Part shown: in pieces, positions 38,227 to 46,998 of the stretch | Layout: each line of letters begins with the position of its first letter | Position numbering within the stretch: position 1 is the stretch's first letter | Origin: an uncultured Elusimicrobia bacterium | GTDB lineage: Bacteria; Elusimicrobiota; Elusimicrobia; F11 | Direction of reading: 5' to 3' | Length of the DNA: 58,815 nt | NCBI GenBank assembly: GCA_964499015.1 | Contig: CAZCJA010000004.1 | Coordinates: 1 to 58,815 of the forward strand | Program-made: the position numbers and the translations under genes | The notes under the pieces: generated by a model | Database searches by the model: none | The model's input: the letters and a program-made list of their open reading frames with translations, nothing else | What the model was told of the DNA's origin: nothing

Positions 38227-38655
38227 ATGTTTAAGAACAAACAACCTATGGTCCAACGAAAATTAACACGTTTTTTCGTCATTAACCCGCGTCCTGACCG
38301 CCGCATCGAATCGCGCTATTCCGCGCGGACGGACGTGGTGGTCAAATTGGCAGATGGGCCGTCCGACAATAAAATCCAGCCGGCCGTGGCCTATGAAGTG
38401 GGACAATTCGGCATGAGGTTGGAGATTGCAGCTAAACTCGCTCCCGGAACCCAAATCCAAGTGGCGTTTCCAAACACGCTCGACAACGTGCGCTGTTTCG
38501 GCCGCGTGATTTGGACTCAGGTCTCCAAGGCGGGGCCCGGACACGAGTCCGGGTTGGCTATCGATAACTGGTACGGCATTACCGACGGGCCGGCCTCGTG
38601 GAAAAAATTCGTCGGGCCCCACCCCAAAAAAGACCGCCGCATTATTAAACGCTAG
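38227..38655 (+). CDS. PilZ-domain protein (c-di-GMP receptor candidate)
   Basis: RRIESR (RxxxR) followed about 30 aa later by YEVGQFGMRL (DxSxxG-like). ATG at 38227 chosen; the track start is a TTG at 38203. Confidence 0.65.
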   Translation: MFKNKQPMVQRKLTRFFVINPRPDRRIESRYSARTDVVVKLADGPSDNKIQPAVAYEVGQFGMRLEIAAKLAPGTQIQVAFPNTLDNVRCFGRVIWTQVSKAGPGHESGLAIDNWYGITDGPASWKKFVGPHPKKDRRIIKR

Positions 38656-38673
38656 GTATCAATGCCTGCGCGC

Positions 38674-39123
38674 TCAGCGCGTTTTAAGCTGAACTGAATC
38701 TCCCGCCTTGAGGCTGCCGATCCGCGTCCGTTTTCCGTTAACCGTCATCGACGTGCGGTTGTTGAGCGTAACGTCATGTACTTGGCCGCTGGCATCACGA
38801 ATGCTCACGCGATTGTTTGCCGAGTCGACGGTTTCAACGGTTCCGTTAATGTTGCCGGTTCCAGCCGATCTGCCTTTTGGGGTGCTTTTATTGATTCCAC
38901 CTTCAGTGGGAACCATTCCGGTTTCCGGAGATGTTTTTGAGTTTCCGGTATCGCTGACGTTTGGTTCAACGCCTGTCGCATCGTTCTGCCGTACCGGATT
39001 TATTTCGCGCGGCGACACCTGCCCCGGGGGATTGGTGGTTGGGCTGTCGGCGGATTTAGCGGTCACGTTCAGGCCCAATAAAGCGAAGCTGGTTAGAACG
39101 GTCCATTTTGTTGAGTTCTTCAT
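38674..39123 (-). CDS. hypothetical secreted protein (disordered P/T/N-rich linker + small beta domain)
   Basis: AAGGAGG SD 4 nt upstream of the ATG. Signal peptide MKNSTKWTVLTSFALLGLNVTA. Confidence 0.55.
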   Translation of the reverse strand: MKNSTKWTVLTSFALLGLNVTAKSADSPTTNPPGQVSPREINPVRQNDATGVEPNVSDTGNSKTSPETGMVPTEGGINKSTPKGRSAGTGNINGTVETVDSANNRVSIRDASGQVHDVTLNNRTSMTVNGKRTRIGSLKAGDSVQLKTR

Positions 39124-39153
39124 ACGTCCTCCTTGTTTATGTTTGGCTTAAAG

Positions 39154-39261
39154 TTAAAGAGTTCCGGCTTCGGCGGCGCGTTTTAGTTTTTCGTTGGCAA
39201 TGATGGCCACTTCGACGCGTCGGTTAGCGGTGCGCACGGCGTCCACCCGCGCAGCCTGTTC
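39154..39261 (-). pseudogene. possible relic of an OmpA-family C-terminus
   Basis: The minus-strand frame reads EQAARVDAVRTANRRVEVAIIANEKLKRAAEAGTL*, where NRRVEV is the hallmark end of OmpA/MotB domains. It is preceded by an in-frame TAG (39262-39264), and no OmpA-like sequence lies upstream in any frame. Confidence 0.3.
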
Positions 39262-39319
39262 CTAATTATTAATGAAATGAAAATTGGTGCGGTCGTTGCT
39301 TTTGTGTTCATGCCAGAAA

Positions 39320-39343
39320 TACGCGGGCCGCACGTGAAAGTTC
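39320..39343 (-). promoter_or_regulatory. putative ECF-sigma-type promoter GAACT-N15-CGTA (leftward)
   Basis: The minus strand reads GAAC tttcacgtgcggcccg CGTA with a 16-nt spacer. It lies back-to-back with the rightward copy, 23 bp away. Confidence 0.45.
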
Positions 39344-39366
39344 AACGTAAATTTCGCGCGTGGTTC

Positions 39367-39390
39367 GAACTAGTTTTAACACGCCACGTA
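39367..39390 (+). promoter_or_regulatory. putative ECF-sigma-type promoter GAACT-N15-CGTA (rightward, lipoprotein-dps operon)
   Basis: GAAC tagttttaacacgcca CGTA. It lies about 40 nt upstream of the ATG at 39431. Confidence 0.45.
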
Positions 39391-39430
39391 GTTTCCGTGT
39401 AGGCAACGAAATGACAGGAGGGATAATGAA

Positions 39431-39616
39431 ATGGACAAACGCAAAAACAAAACAAATCTCTGGATGATTTTAACCGCGCTCGCGCTCGTGCAGATCGGCG
39501 TGGGCTGCAAACCGCAGATGACGGGGCAAAAAATTGAAGATAAAGCGGAAGACGTCGGCCATGAAGTGGAACAAGGCATCGAGCGAGCCAAAGAAAATGT
39601 CAAAGAGGCGAAATAA
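39431..39616 (+). CDS. small lipoprotein (61 aa), K/E-rich helical tail
   Basis: GGAGGG SD 8 nt upstream of the ATG. Lipobox IGVGC. Confidence 0.5.
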   Translation: MDKRKNKTNLWMILTALALVQIGVGCKPQMTGQKIEDKAEDVGHEVEQGIERAKENVKEAK

Positions 39617-39639
39617 CGATTCAGACAGAAGGAGAGCAT

Positions 39640-40116
39640 ATGACCACGGAAACGAAGGAAAGAGAAAAAACGGCCACAAACGAAGTGGCCCAGAAAATGC
39701 AGGAATTTTTGGCGGGCATCTACACGCTTTACGTCAAAACGCAAAACTTTCACTGGAACGTAACGGGGCCGCTTTTTCCGCAGCTGCATGAGCTCTTCGA
39801 TAAGCAATATAAGGAACTGGCCGTGGAGATTGATGAGGTCGCCGAGCAGATCCGGTCCATGGGGTTTTTCGTACCGGCTTCTTTGGTCGCTTTCGAAGAA
39901 ATTTCCCACGTCCAGGATCAGAAGGGGGCTCCCATGCCTGCGCAGGAAATGATCCGAATTTTGGTTCAAGACCATCAGGCGATCGTCGAAGAAGGCAAGG
40001 AGCTCTTTAATTTGCTGGAAGATCATAATGATCCGGCAACGTCCGATTTGGTGATTGATTCGGTGAAGCGCCACCAGAAAAACGCATGGATGCTGCGCAG
40101 TTCATTAGAAAAATAA
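39640..40116 (+). CDS. dps: Dps-family DNA-protection/ferritin-like protein
   Basis: LYVKTQNFHWNVTGPLFPQLHELFDKQY...IDEVAEQIRSMG ferroxidase-site pattern of Dps. Confidence 0.9.
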   Translation: MTTETKEREKTATNEVAQKMQEFLAGIYTLYVKTQNFHWNVTGPLFPQLHELFDKQYKELAVEIDEVAEQIRSMGFFVPASLVAFEEISHVQDQKGAPMPAQEMIRILVQDHQAIVEEGKELFNLLEDHNDPATSDLVIDSVKRHQKNAWMLRSSLEK

Positions 40117-40135
40117 ACAACGGGAGGAGTTAAAC

Positions 40136-40720
40136 GTGACCAAATACATAAAGACGACATTCTTATCGGTTCTGGCGCTATCCGCATTCGCGGTGATCAC
40201 GCCGGCCGCTAACGCACAAGAAGGCGATGACCGTGGTTTTTCCATCGGCGGCCGTGGTTCGCATTTTGATCCAAAGGACGGAGACGGTCAGTGGAGCGGC
40301 GGCGCGCAGCTGCGCTTCTTTTTATCCGACACGTTCGCGCTCGAAGGTTCGGCGGATTTCCGCCGCGACGAATACGACACCATTCTCGGCGAAACCGAGG
40401 TGCAAACCATCCCGGTGCAGGCGTCCATCCTGGGTTATTTGATTAAAGCCAATCCCGTCGGCGTTTTTTTCCTCGCGGGTCCCGGTTGGTATTACACGCG
40501 CATCGAACCGCCGTCGCCATTCGACGACAAAACCGATCATCGGTTCGGATTCCATGCGGGCGGCGGTGTTGAAGTCCGTTTGAATGAATCCTGGTCCATT
40601 GACGGCACGTATCGCCACATCTGGCTGGAAGAATTTGAATCGCAGGATTCGAGCGTGAGTGAAAAAGAGTTTGACGACAGCGGTGAGATGATCACCGTCG
40701 GTTTAAACCTTAGCTTCTAA
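40136..40720 (+). CDS. outer-membrane beta-barrel protein (OmpA-like TM barrel/OmpW-size)
   Basis: GTG start. Signal peptide ending AANAQ. Alternating strands with a C-terminal ...VGLNLSF. Confidence 0.7.
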   Translation: MTKYIKTTFLSVLALSAFAVITPAANAQEGDDRGFSIGGRGSHFDPKDGDGQWSGGAQLRFFLSDTFALEGSADFRRDEYDTILGETEVQTIPVQASILGYLIKANPVGVFFLAGPGWYYTRIEPPSPFDDKTDHRFGFHAGGGVEVRLNESWSIDGTYRHIWLEEFESQDSSVSEKEFDDSGEMITVGLNLSF

Positions 40721-40742
40721 CGAAACAAACACAGGAGGGCAT

Positions 40743-41096
40743 ATGAACATTGAGAAAACGATCAATAATGTGGATAAAAAGCTTAAAGCTGGGGAAGACG
40801 CGGCCTACGATAAAGTTGACGCGGCGCGCCGCCAGGGCAAAGAGTGGGCAGAAGACGCCGCTGGCGCGGCTGAAGAGCGCATGGACTTGGTGCGTGAAAC
40901 CCTTGAGGAATCATGGGACAAAGCCAAAAAAACCGGCGCGAACATTGAGAAAAAAATCGAGGAATACGGCAAGCAGGGCCTGAAAAGCGCCCAGCAGTAC
41001 ACGCAGAAGAACCCGTTGAAAGTCGTGGGCATCGCGCTCGCGCTCGGCGTCGTTCTCGGCGGCGCCCTTTGGGCCGCGGCTTCGTCCAAAGAATAA
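40743..41096 (+). CDS. ElaB/YqjD/DUF883-family membrane-anchored stress protein
   Basis: Charged helical N-region plus the C-terminal anchor NPLKVVGIALALGVVLGGAL. Confidence 0.75.
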   Translation: MNIEKTINNVDKKLKAGEDAAYDKVDAARRQGKEWAEDAAGAAEERMDLVRETLEESWDKAKKTGANIEKKIEEYGKQGLKSAQQYTQKNPLKVVGIALALGVVLGGALWAAASSKE

Positions 41097-41554
41097 TGAA
41101 AAAAATACTCACGCTGTTGTTTGCCGTGAGCTGCCTTGGCGCCTCGCCCGTTCTGGCGGACTCCGCCGGAAAACTGGGCTTGGGCGTCGTGGTGGGCAGT
41201 CCCATCGGCCCGACGATGAAGTATTGGATCGATAACACCATGGCCTTTGACGTGGGCGTTGGGTTCGATGAGGACCCTGTTTTTTACGGGGACCTCTTAT
41301 TTCACAATTGGGGAATGGTGAACCAGCCGGCCAACGGACGACTGGGTTTTTATGCAGGAGTGGGCCCGCGCTTCGAATCCATTGATCATCATGACGACGA
41401 ATTCGGCATTCGCGTGCCCCTCGGGGTGGACTTTCTCTTTAATAATTCACCGGTGGAGATCTTTCTAGAGCTTGCCCCTGTGTTTGTCGTCAGTCCGGAT
41501 ACCGATGCCGCATTGGATGGCGGCGTTGGCGTGCGATTCCTGCTCGGAAATTAA
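41096..41554 (+). CDS. small outer-membrane beta-barrel-like protein
   Basis: TAATG overlap with the upstream gene. Signal peptide MKKILTLLFAVSCLGASPVLA. G/V-rich alternating strands. Confidence 0.55.
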   Translation: MKKILTLLFAVSCLGASPVLADSAGKLGLGVVVGSPIGPTMKYWIDNTMAFDVGVGFDEDPVFYGDLLFHNWGMVNQPANGRLGFYAGVGPRFESIDHHDDEFGIRVPLGVDFLFNNSPVEIFLELAPVFVVSPDTDAALDGGVGVRFLLGN

Positions 41555-41565
41555 CTAAAAGCCCC

Positions 41566-41589
41566 GAACTCTTTACTTCATGTGCCGTA
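41566..41589 (+). promoter_or_regulatory. putative ECF-sigma-type promoter GAACT-N15-CGTA (sod-sigma operon)
   Basis: GAAC tctttacttcatgtgc CGTA. It lies about 38 nt upstream of the ATG at 41627. Confidence 0.45.
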
Positions 41590-41626
41590 ACTTGGGTGTA
41601 GAAAACAGTGTAATAGAGGGTTAAAA

Positions 41627-42256
41627 ATGAATCAAACAGACTTAAAATCAACGGTTTCTGAGCAGCTAAAGCCCCAGGATTTCTCCTTCCTTTTGGGGAC
41701 GAAAGGGTTTTCGGAAAAGATGCTCAAAGACCACTTTAAACTCTATGAGGCCTATGTAAAAAACACCAATGATCTCACGGAGCAAATTCAAGAACTGGTG
41801 AAAAAAGGGGAAGCGGGTAAACCCGTTTTTTCTGAATTAAAGCGCCGGTTCGGGTGGGAGTACAACAGCGTGAAACTACACGAATTGTATTTCCATAATT
41901 TTGGCGGCGATAACCAAAGCAAGGTACGTTCGTTCTTCCAGGAAGAAATCAAGGCCGCCTTTGGCAGCTGGGACCAGTGGAAGAATGATTTCCTTGGCAC
42001 CGCCGCCATGCGCGGTATTGGCTGGTCGGTCTTGTATAAAGACCCGGGCTCAGGCCGCTTGACCAACGCTTGGATTGACGAGCATAACGACGGCCACTTG
42101 ATCGGCGAGCAGCCGATTTTGGTGTTGGACGTTTTTGAACACGCCTTTATGACCGACTATGGAACTGACCGCAAAACGTATCTGTCGAATTTTTTTGAAC
42201 AGATTAATTGGAAGGTTGTTGAAAACCGCTATATCGGCGAACTGAAAACGGAATGA
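41627..42256 (+). CDS. Fe/Mn superoxide dismutase family protein (divergent)
   Basis: LKDHFKLYEAYV (first His-ligand context), LHELYFHNFGG, GWSVL, and VLDVFEHAFMTDYG (Asp/His ligands; the canonical block is DVWEHAYY) followed by INW. Confidence 0.75.
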   Translation: MNQTDLKSTVSEQLKPQDFSFLLGTKGFSEKMLKDHFKLYEAYVKNTNDLTEQIQELVKKGEAGKPVFSELKRRFGWEYNSVKLHELYFHNFGGDNQSKVRSFFQEEIKAAFGSWDQWKNDFLGTAAMRGIGWSVLYKDPGSGRLTNAWIDEHNDGHLIGEQPILVLDVFEHAFMTDYGTDRKTYLSNFFEQINWKVVENRYIGELKTE

Positions 42257-42311
42257 CCGCGCTCGCTGAGTATAATGGCGGGCACTGGTTCATGCTGTAA
42301 AAGGGGAAACG

Positions 42312-42872
42312 ATGCCGCAAATGTTGCCGGATAATTTTCCAGCGCTCGTCAGGAAGCACGGTGAGAAAGCGTATGCGTTCGCTTACCGTCTGACAGGCAA
42401 TGACTCGGACGCGCGCGATCTTGTGCAGGATGCGTTTACGCGAGCGCTGAACAATTTGGATAAGTACGATCCGTCGCGGGCTTTCGAGCCGTGGTTTTTC
42501 AGGATTATGAAAAACATTTTCCTCGACTGGATGCGCCGGTATGAGCGGAAACATACCACCTCGTTGGAAGTCGTTTCACCGATCGAAGACGGTTCATGGG
42601 AAGACATACTTCCCAGCGACGAGAATACCCCGCCGGAAGAGCTGGAAAAACAGGAAGAACACAATTTGCTGGGCAAGGCCTTGAGTTCGCTTCCCACCCA
42701 CTATAGGACCGCGATCTCACTGTGCGACATAGAAGAGTATTCGTACGAAGAGATCGCGAAAATTATGGATTGCCCCGTCGGAACGATCCGCTCGCGAATT
42801 CACCAAGGCCGGATGCTTTTAAGACAGGCATACGAGAAATTAATCGGGAAGCGAGAAGCGTTTCAAAATTAA
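42312..42872 (+). CDS. ECF (sigma-70 group IV) RNA polymerase sigma factor
   Basis: Region 2 DARDLVQDAFTRA...WFFRIMKNIFLDWMRR. Region 4 YRTAISLCDIEEYSYEEIAKIMDCPVGTIRSRIHQGR. Confidence 0.9.
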   Translation: MPQMLPDNFPALVRKHGEKAYAFAYRLTGNDSDARDLVQDAFTRALNNLDKYDPSRAFEPWFFRIMKNIFLDWMRRYERKHTTSLEVVSPIEDGSWEDILPSDENTPPEELEKQEEHNLLGKALSSLPTHYRTAISLCDIEEYSYEEIAKIMDCPVGTIRSRIHQGRMLLRQAYEKLIGKREAFQN

Positions 42873-42886
42873 GGAGAGGTAAATTT

Positions 42887-43360
42887 ATGTCGAGAGAGGA
42901 TGAGGAAAATATGGAACTACTTTCAGCGTATATCGATGAGGAGTTGACGCCGGCGGAAAAACGGCGCGTGGAGCTTTTTCTGGCCACATCGACCGAAGGT
43001 AAAAAAGCCGTCGACGAGCTGAACAAGACCAAGGCGCTGTTGTTGAGTTCGGCGGCCGTGAAAGCGCCGGCGGATTTCCTGGATGCGCTGGAAGCCCAGG
43101 CGGAGGACGCCGTCGCGGCTCTGCCGGCCCGCCGTTCGTTTTGGCATCGCTCGAATCCGTGGGCGTGGGCAACGCCGTTTGTGACGGCTTCTCTGCTCTT
43201 GGTCGCTGGTCTCGGCTTGCGTCCGCAAAAAAGCATCTCACTTGATACACTTGTGGCCGCGCATATGGGTTTGCAAACCAAGAGTGGTCTTCATCAGCGC
43301 GTATTAAGAGCGGCGCACTACACGCCGCCAGCGGGGGAAAGGTCAAATGCGGCCATTTAA
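42887..43360 (+). CDS. anti-sigma factor (single-pass membrane)
   Basis: AAGGAGAGG SD. N-terminal LLSAYIDEELTPAEKRRVELFL anti-sigma-domain pattern (no Zn cysteines). One TM segment WAWATPFVTASLLLVAGLGL. The track start 42722 overlaps the sigma gene. Confidence 0.65.
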   Translation: MSREDEENMELLSAYIDEELTPAEKRRVELFLATSTEGKKAVDELNKTKALLLSSAAVKAPADFLDALEAQAEDAVAALPARRSFWHRSNPWAWATPFVTASLLLVAGLGLRPQKSISLDTLVAAHMGLQTKSGLHQRVLRAAHYTPPAGERSNAAI

Positions 43361-44378
43361 AACCATCGCCGGTTTTTTGGTTCTTAGCGCAGCGATATCT
43401 CATGCCGCGGAAACAGCGACGAAGGTTTTCGCCGAGAAGATGTCGCCTGCGGCCATTAAAGACTTGGCCATTGCCGCATTTCAGCCGCCCAAGGTCCCGT
43501 TTGAGGCCCGCCTGATGCTCACTGAATGGCGTCAAGGAAAAACAAACGCCGAAGAAGTGCAACTTTATTTCACGCCGCCCGAAGCGTACCGCATTGAATT
43601 TTTATCGTTTAACGGACAGATTCAGAAAACCGTTTTAACGAACGAAAAAACCGCCTATATCAGATCCACCGGAGATGCGAAGACTTTGCCCGTGGACACG
43701 CCGCTACAAATTTCCAGCTTGCTGACCGATGAGCAAGTCGAGGATTTGTTGACCAAGAACTATATTTTCGAAGTGAAAGGCACTGATATGTTTATCGGCC
43801 GCTCGGTATGGCTTCTGCAGCTATCGCCGCGCGTTTCGGGGAAACCGATTCATGAGCTAAAAGTAGACCGTGAGACGCAGGTCGTTCTCGAGCATCGCCG
43901 CTACCTGACAAAAGAAGACGCCGGGTCTTTGACGCGCTTCTCGACATTCCGGCCCAATAAAAAATTTGCCGAAGACGTTTTCCTGCCGGTGGAAGCGATC
44001 ACCGGTTTTACCACCTCCGCCGCGCATGATTTAGATTCGCCCACGTTTAAAACGATGTCACCGCCGCCGGATTCCTATTTGCAGTTGCCGGCCGGTTTCT
44101 TTTTGCGCGGCTACCGTTCGTTCCAAGTGCAGGGAACGACAGCCAATTATTTCAGCTACACGGACGGCGCCACGCCCTTGTCCGTGTTTAAGACCACGCT
44201 GCCGGTCAAGTTTCCACAGGGCACGTCCGTGTCGGACAAGCTGACCGTTTTGCCCACGGAGGTCGGGCTCTCCAGCGCCGACCAGATATACTACGGGCGC
44301 AGCGGACAGGATTACTACACGCTGATCGGCGAGATCTCGCCGGATTTGCTCAATAACATCGCGAATCACTTCCAATAA
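43347..44378 (+). CDS. RseB/MucB-like (LolA-fold) periplasmic protein
   Basis: Signal peptide. Its position after the sigma/anti-sigma pair and its beta-rich N-domain fit RseB-type regulators. This call rests mostly on context. Confidence 0.45.
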   Translation: MRPFKTIAGFLVLSAAISHAAETATKVFAEKMSPAAIKDLAIAAFQPPKVPFEARLMLTEWRQGKTNAEEVQLYFTPPEAYRIEFLSFNGQIQKTVLTNEKTAYIRSTGDAKTLPVDTPLQISSLLTDEQVEDLLTKNYIFEVKGTDMFIGRSVWLLQLSPRVSGKPIHELKVDRETQVVLEHRRYLTKEDAGSLTRFSTFRPNKKFAEDVFLPVEAITGFTTSAAHDLDSPTFKTMSPPPDSYLQLPAGFFLRGYRSFQVQGTTANYFSYTDGATPLSVFKTTLPVKFPQGTSVSDKLTVLPTEVGLSSADQIYYGRSGQDYYTLIGEISPDLLNNIANHFQ

Positions 44379-44402
44379 TATTTTCCTAACATAGCCGCCA
44401 TC

Positions 44403-46193
44403 ATGCGGTGGCCTTCTCTTCGTGATGTCTCCAGGAAAACAGCGGTGTCGGCTCTCCGTTTTCCGCTGACCTATATCTCCGTTGTCTCTTGTTTTGGGCT
44501 TGCGTTGTGGATGACTCATACGTCTGCAAGAGACAACGCGCTGTTTGCGCGCCTGCTGTTCGTCGGTGTTCTTGGCATTCCTCTCTTCATTGGAACGCGG
44601 CTATTGTCCGAATCGCGTTTCACTTTGGTCCGCCGATCTTACATTCCTATCTATTCTGTTGCCGCCGTTGTGCTCGTTCTTTTTTATTTTTCATACGCCG
44701 AAGATACGCTTATGTATTTTTTTCGTTTTTGGCAGCTGATGTTGGCCGCACATTTGCTGGTCGCGCTTTCGGGAGCTGCGCCCCAATCGAAGGATGGCGT
44801 CTTTTGGCGGTTTAATGCACATCTCTTCGCACGTGCCTGTACGACAGTATTGTTTTCATGGACGCTTTTTTTGGGGCTTGCGTTCGCATTATGGGCAGTT
44901 GATAAGCTCCTCGGCGTTAAAATTCATCATAAGGCCTATACTGATCTTGGGATTTTCATTGCGTTTATCTACAGCGCGTGGTTTTTCCTGATTGGGTTAC
45001 CACAAAATCTGTCCGTTTACGAAGAGGAGACAGCATATCCCGGCGGTCTCCGTGTGTTTGCTCAATTCGTGTTGATGCCGCTCGTGATTATCTATCTCAT
45101 CATCTTCTATTTGTATGTTGGCAAGATCTGTATCCAGTGGGCATGGCCGGAAGGCCGAATCGGATACTTGGTCTGTGGCGTGGCCACGGTGGGTATTTTC
45201 ACACATCTTCTGCTCGACCCCCTGCGCAACGACGAACGCCACCCCGCGGTCGAGGTATATGTGCGCTGGTATTATCGCGTGCTGTTTCCTCTGGCAATTC
45301 TGCTGGCGATGGCCGCGTCGCGGCGCGTCGCCGAGTACGGGCTCACTGAGAAACGGTACTTCCTGTACGTGATCGCGGTATGGATCACCGGTTTGTCTGT
45401 TTACTTTGGCTGGCTGAACCGCCGGAATCTCAAAGTAATTCCATTTTCCATGTTCGTTCTTGCCGTGATGACGATTGCCGGTCCGTGGAGCGCGTATTCG
45501 GTTTCAAAATGGAACCAAACCGGTCGCTTAGGGGCACTCCTCGAGAAAAATGGATTGCTCAAAGAGGGGAAAGTTCAGAAGGCGACAAGTGAAGTCTCCA
45601 TTGAGGATCGCGGGAAAATCAGCCGGACGCTGGACTACTTGACGCGCATGCACGGCGCCAATGGCGTGAAGCCTTATTTTGAGGCGGACAAGAAGCCGTC
45701 GGCGGCGGTCCTTATGAAAGATCAGTTGGGACTGGACTATATCGTCTATCAGCGCCGTTATGATGACGGCCCGCTTGGCGAGGAGAATGTTTATGTCAAC
45801 GGGAAAATGAGCGACGCCATTAACATCGAGGGCTATTCAGGGCTGCATCAATTTTATTTGTACCCGGGCGATCGGCAGGGCCGCCGCTTTACACATGCCG
45901 GCGTGGATTACACGCTGGCTTACAGCAGCGCGGCGTCGTCGCTTGAGTTGAAGGCGAAAGACGAACTGTTGGTCACGGTGCCGCTCGCGCCGGTTGCGGA
46001 GCGCGCGTTGCAATATCTTAAAGATGGGAATCTGGCTTCATACTCCGAGGTCCCTGGGGAAGTTGTCTCAGTTGAGACGGACGCGCCGAAGATGAAGGTG
46101 AAAGTAATCATCCAAAACATGGGGATGAAGCGCTCCGGTCACGCGGTGCAAATTCAAAACGCCAACGGTTATTTGTTGCTCAAGCCGAAGTAA
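44403..46193 (+). CDS. polytopic membrane protein with C-terminal soluble domain (DUF4153-like), function unknown
   Basis: About 10 hydrophobic segments in the first ~370 aa, then a soluble ~220-aa tail. Confidence 0.55.
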   Translation: MRWPSLRDVSRKTAVSALRFPLTYISVVSCFGLALWMTHTSARDNALFARLLFVGVLGIPLFIGTRLLSESRFTLVRRSYIPIYSVAAVVLVLFYFSYAEDTLMYFFRFWQLMLAAHLLVALSGAAPQSKDGVFWRFNAHLFARACTTVLFSWTLFLGLAFALWAVDKLLGVKIHHKAYTDLGIFIAFIYSAWFFLIGLPQNLSVYEEETAYPGGLRVFAQFVLMPLVIIYLIIFYLYVGKICIQWAWPEGRIGYLVCGVATVGIFTHLLLDPLRNDERHPAVEVYVRWYYRVLFPLAILLAMAASRRVAEYGLTEKRYFLYVIAVWITGLSVYFGWLNRRNLKVIPFSMFVLAVMTIAGPWSAYSVSKWNQTGRLGALLEKNGLLKEGKVQKATSEVSIEDRGKISRTLDYLTRMHGANGVKPYFEADKKPSAAVLMKDQLGLDYIVYQRRYDDGPLGEENVYVNGKMSDAINIEGYSGLHQFYLYPGDRQGRRFTHAGVDYTLAYSSAASSLELKAKDELLVTVPLAPVAERALQYLKDGNLASYSEVPGEVVSVETDAPKMKVKVIIQNMGMKRSGHAVQIQNANGYLLLKPK

Positions 46194-46969
46194 GACAGGA
46201 ACCGTTTTGTTTCTTTAATGTCATGCGTGCGCACCCAGGCCGCGCCGTTGCGCACGCCGGCCACCGTCGCCGCCAATGAACCTGCCAGCCGCTTTTCCGG
46301 CGGAACCCCGCCCATCATGTGCCCGATGAATGATTTGCGCGACACGCCGATTAGAAGAGGGCATTTTAAAGTTGTTAGTTGATTAAGGCCGCGCAATGTT
46401 TCGACGTCCCACCGCCACCAGGGTCGTTTTTCATTGCGAAAAAAACCGATGCCGGGATCGAGGATGAGATTCTTGCGTGAAACCCCGTTTTTAAGCGCAA
46501 TATCCACGGAGTTTCGCAGGATTTTTTTTATTTTTTCCAGCGGACGGTCCGTTGGCGCCGGGCTGGCGATGGGATGGGCCATCAGGAAGACTTTTTTGAA
46601 ATAGCGCGCGTGTTTGGCCAGGCGCGGGTCTCCGTGCAGTCCGGTCACGTCGTTTAAATACGTTGCGCCTGCGTTTAAGCCCGCCAGCGCGGGCCCAAGA
46701 CGTGCGGTGTCGATGGAAAGGGGCAGGCGCACGCTGGCGCGGACGATGTTCACCGCCCAGCTGAGCCGCTTGGCTTCTTCAATTTCCGAAATACGGGTTT
46801 GCAAATACGGGGCGGTGGACATGGCGCCCACATCGATCGCATCCGCGCCGTCTTTCTCCAGTTTGCGGGCCTGCTGCATGAGCGCGCGCGCGTTTTTCGG
46901 CACCGAACCTTTATAAAACGATTCGGGACTCACGTTGATTACGCCCATGAGAAAGGGCCCTTTTTTCAT
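46169..46969 (-). CDS. folP: dihydropteroate synthase
   Basis: MGVINVSPESFY, GADAIDVGAMSTAP, LSIDT, NDVTG, DPGIGF, SRKSF. Confidence 0.9.
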   Translation of the reverse strand: MKKGPFLMGVINVSPESFYKGSVPKNARALMQQARKLEKDGADAIDVGAMSTAPYLQTRISEIEEAKRLSWAVNIVRASVRLPLSIDTARLGPALAGLNAGATYLNDVTGLHGDPRLAKHARYFKKVFLMAHPIASPAPTDRPLEKIKKILRNSVDIALKNGVSRKNLILDPGIGFFRNEKRPWWRWDVETLRGLNQLTTLKCPLLIGVSRKSFIGHMMGGVPPEKRLAGSLAATVAGVRNGAAWVRTHDIKETKRFLSYFGLSNK

Positions 46970-46998
46970 GGCGGTATCATATGTGTTAGGATGGCCGA

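Noticed and set aside
39277-39408. 43-codon plus-strand ORF (MKIGAVVAFVFMPEIRG...) in the dps-upstream region
   Set aside because: It has no SD, it overlaps both divergent promoter motifs, and it has no recognisable features.
41627-42256. Considered whether the SOD-like gene is a degenerate, non-catalytic homologue because of DVFEHAFM in place of DVWEHAYY and KLY in place of KHH
   Set aside because: The positions corresponding to the metal ligands (the first His in DHFK, and Asp and His in DVFEH) appear retained. Divergence alone is not evidence of inactivity, and a proper alignment is needed.
42722-42886. Upstream extension of the anti-sigma ORF; similar extensions at 14236-14379, 16568-16669, 41069-41095, 50040-50165 and 56048-56077
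   Set aside because: These extensions overlap the preceding gene in another frame. In most cases (16670, 42887, 50166, 56078) an internal start with a good SD, and usually a signal peptide or conserved N-terminus, is available; the starts at 14380 and 41096 have no clear SD and were chosen from motif position and the TAATG junction.
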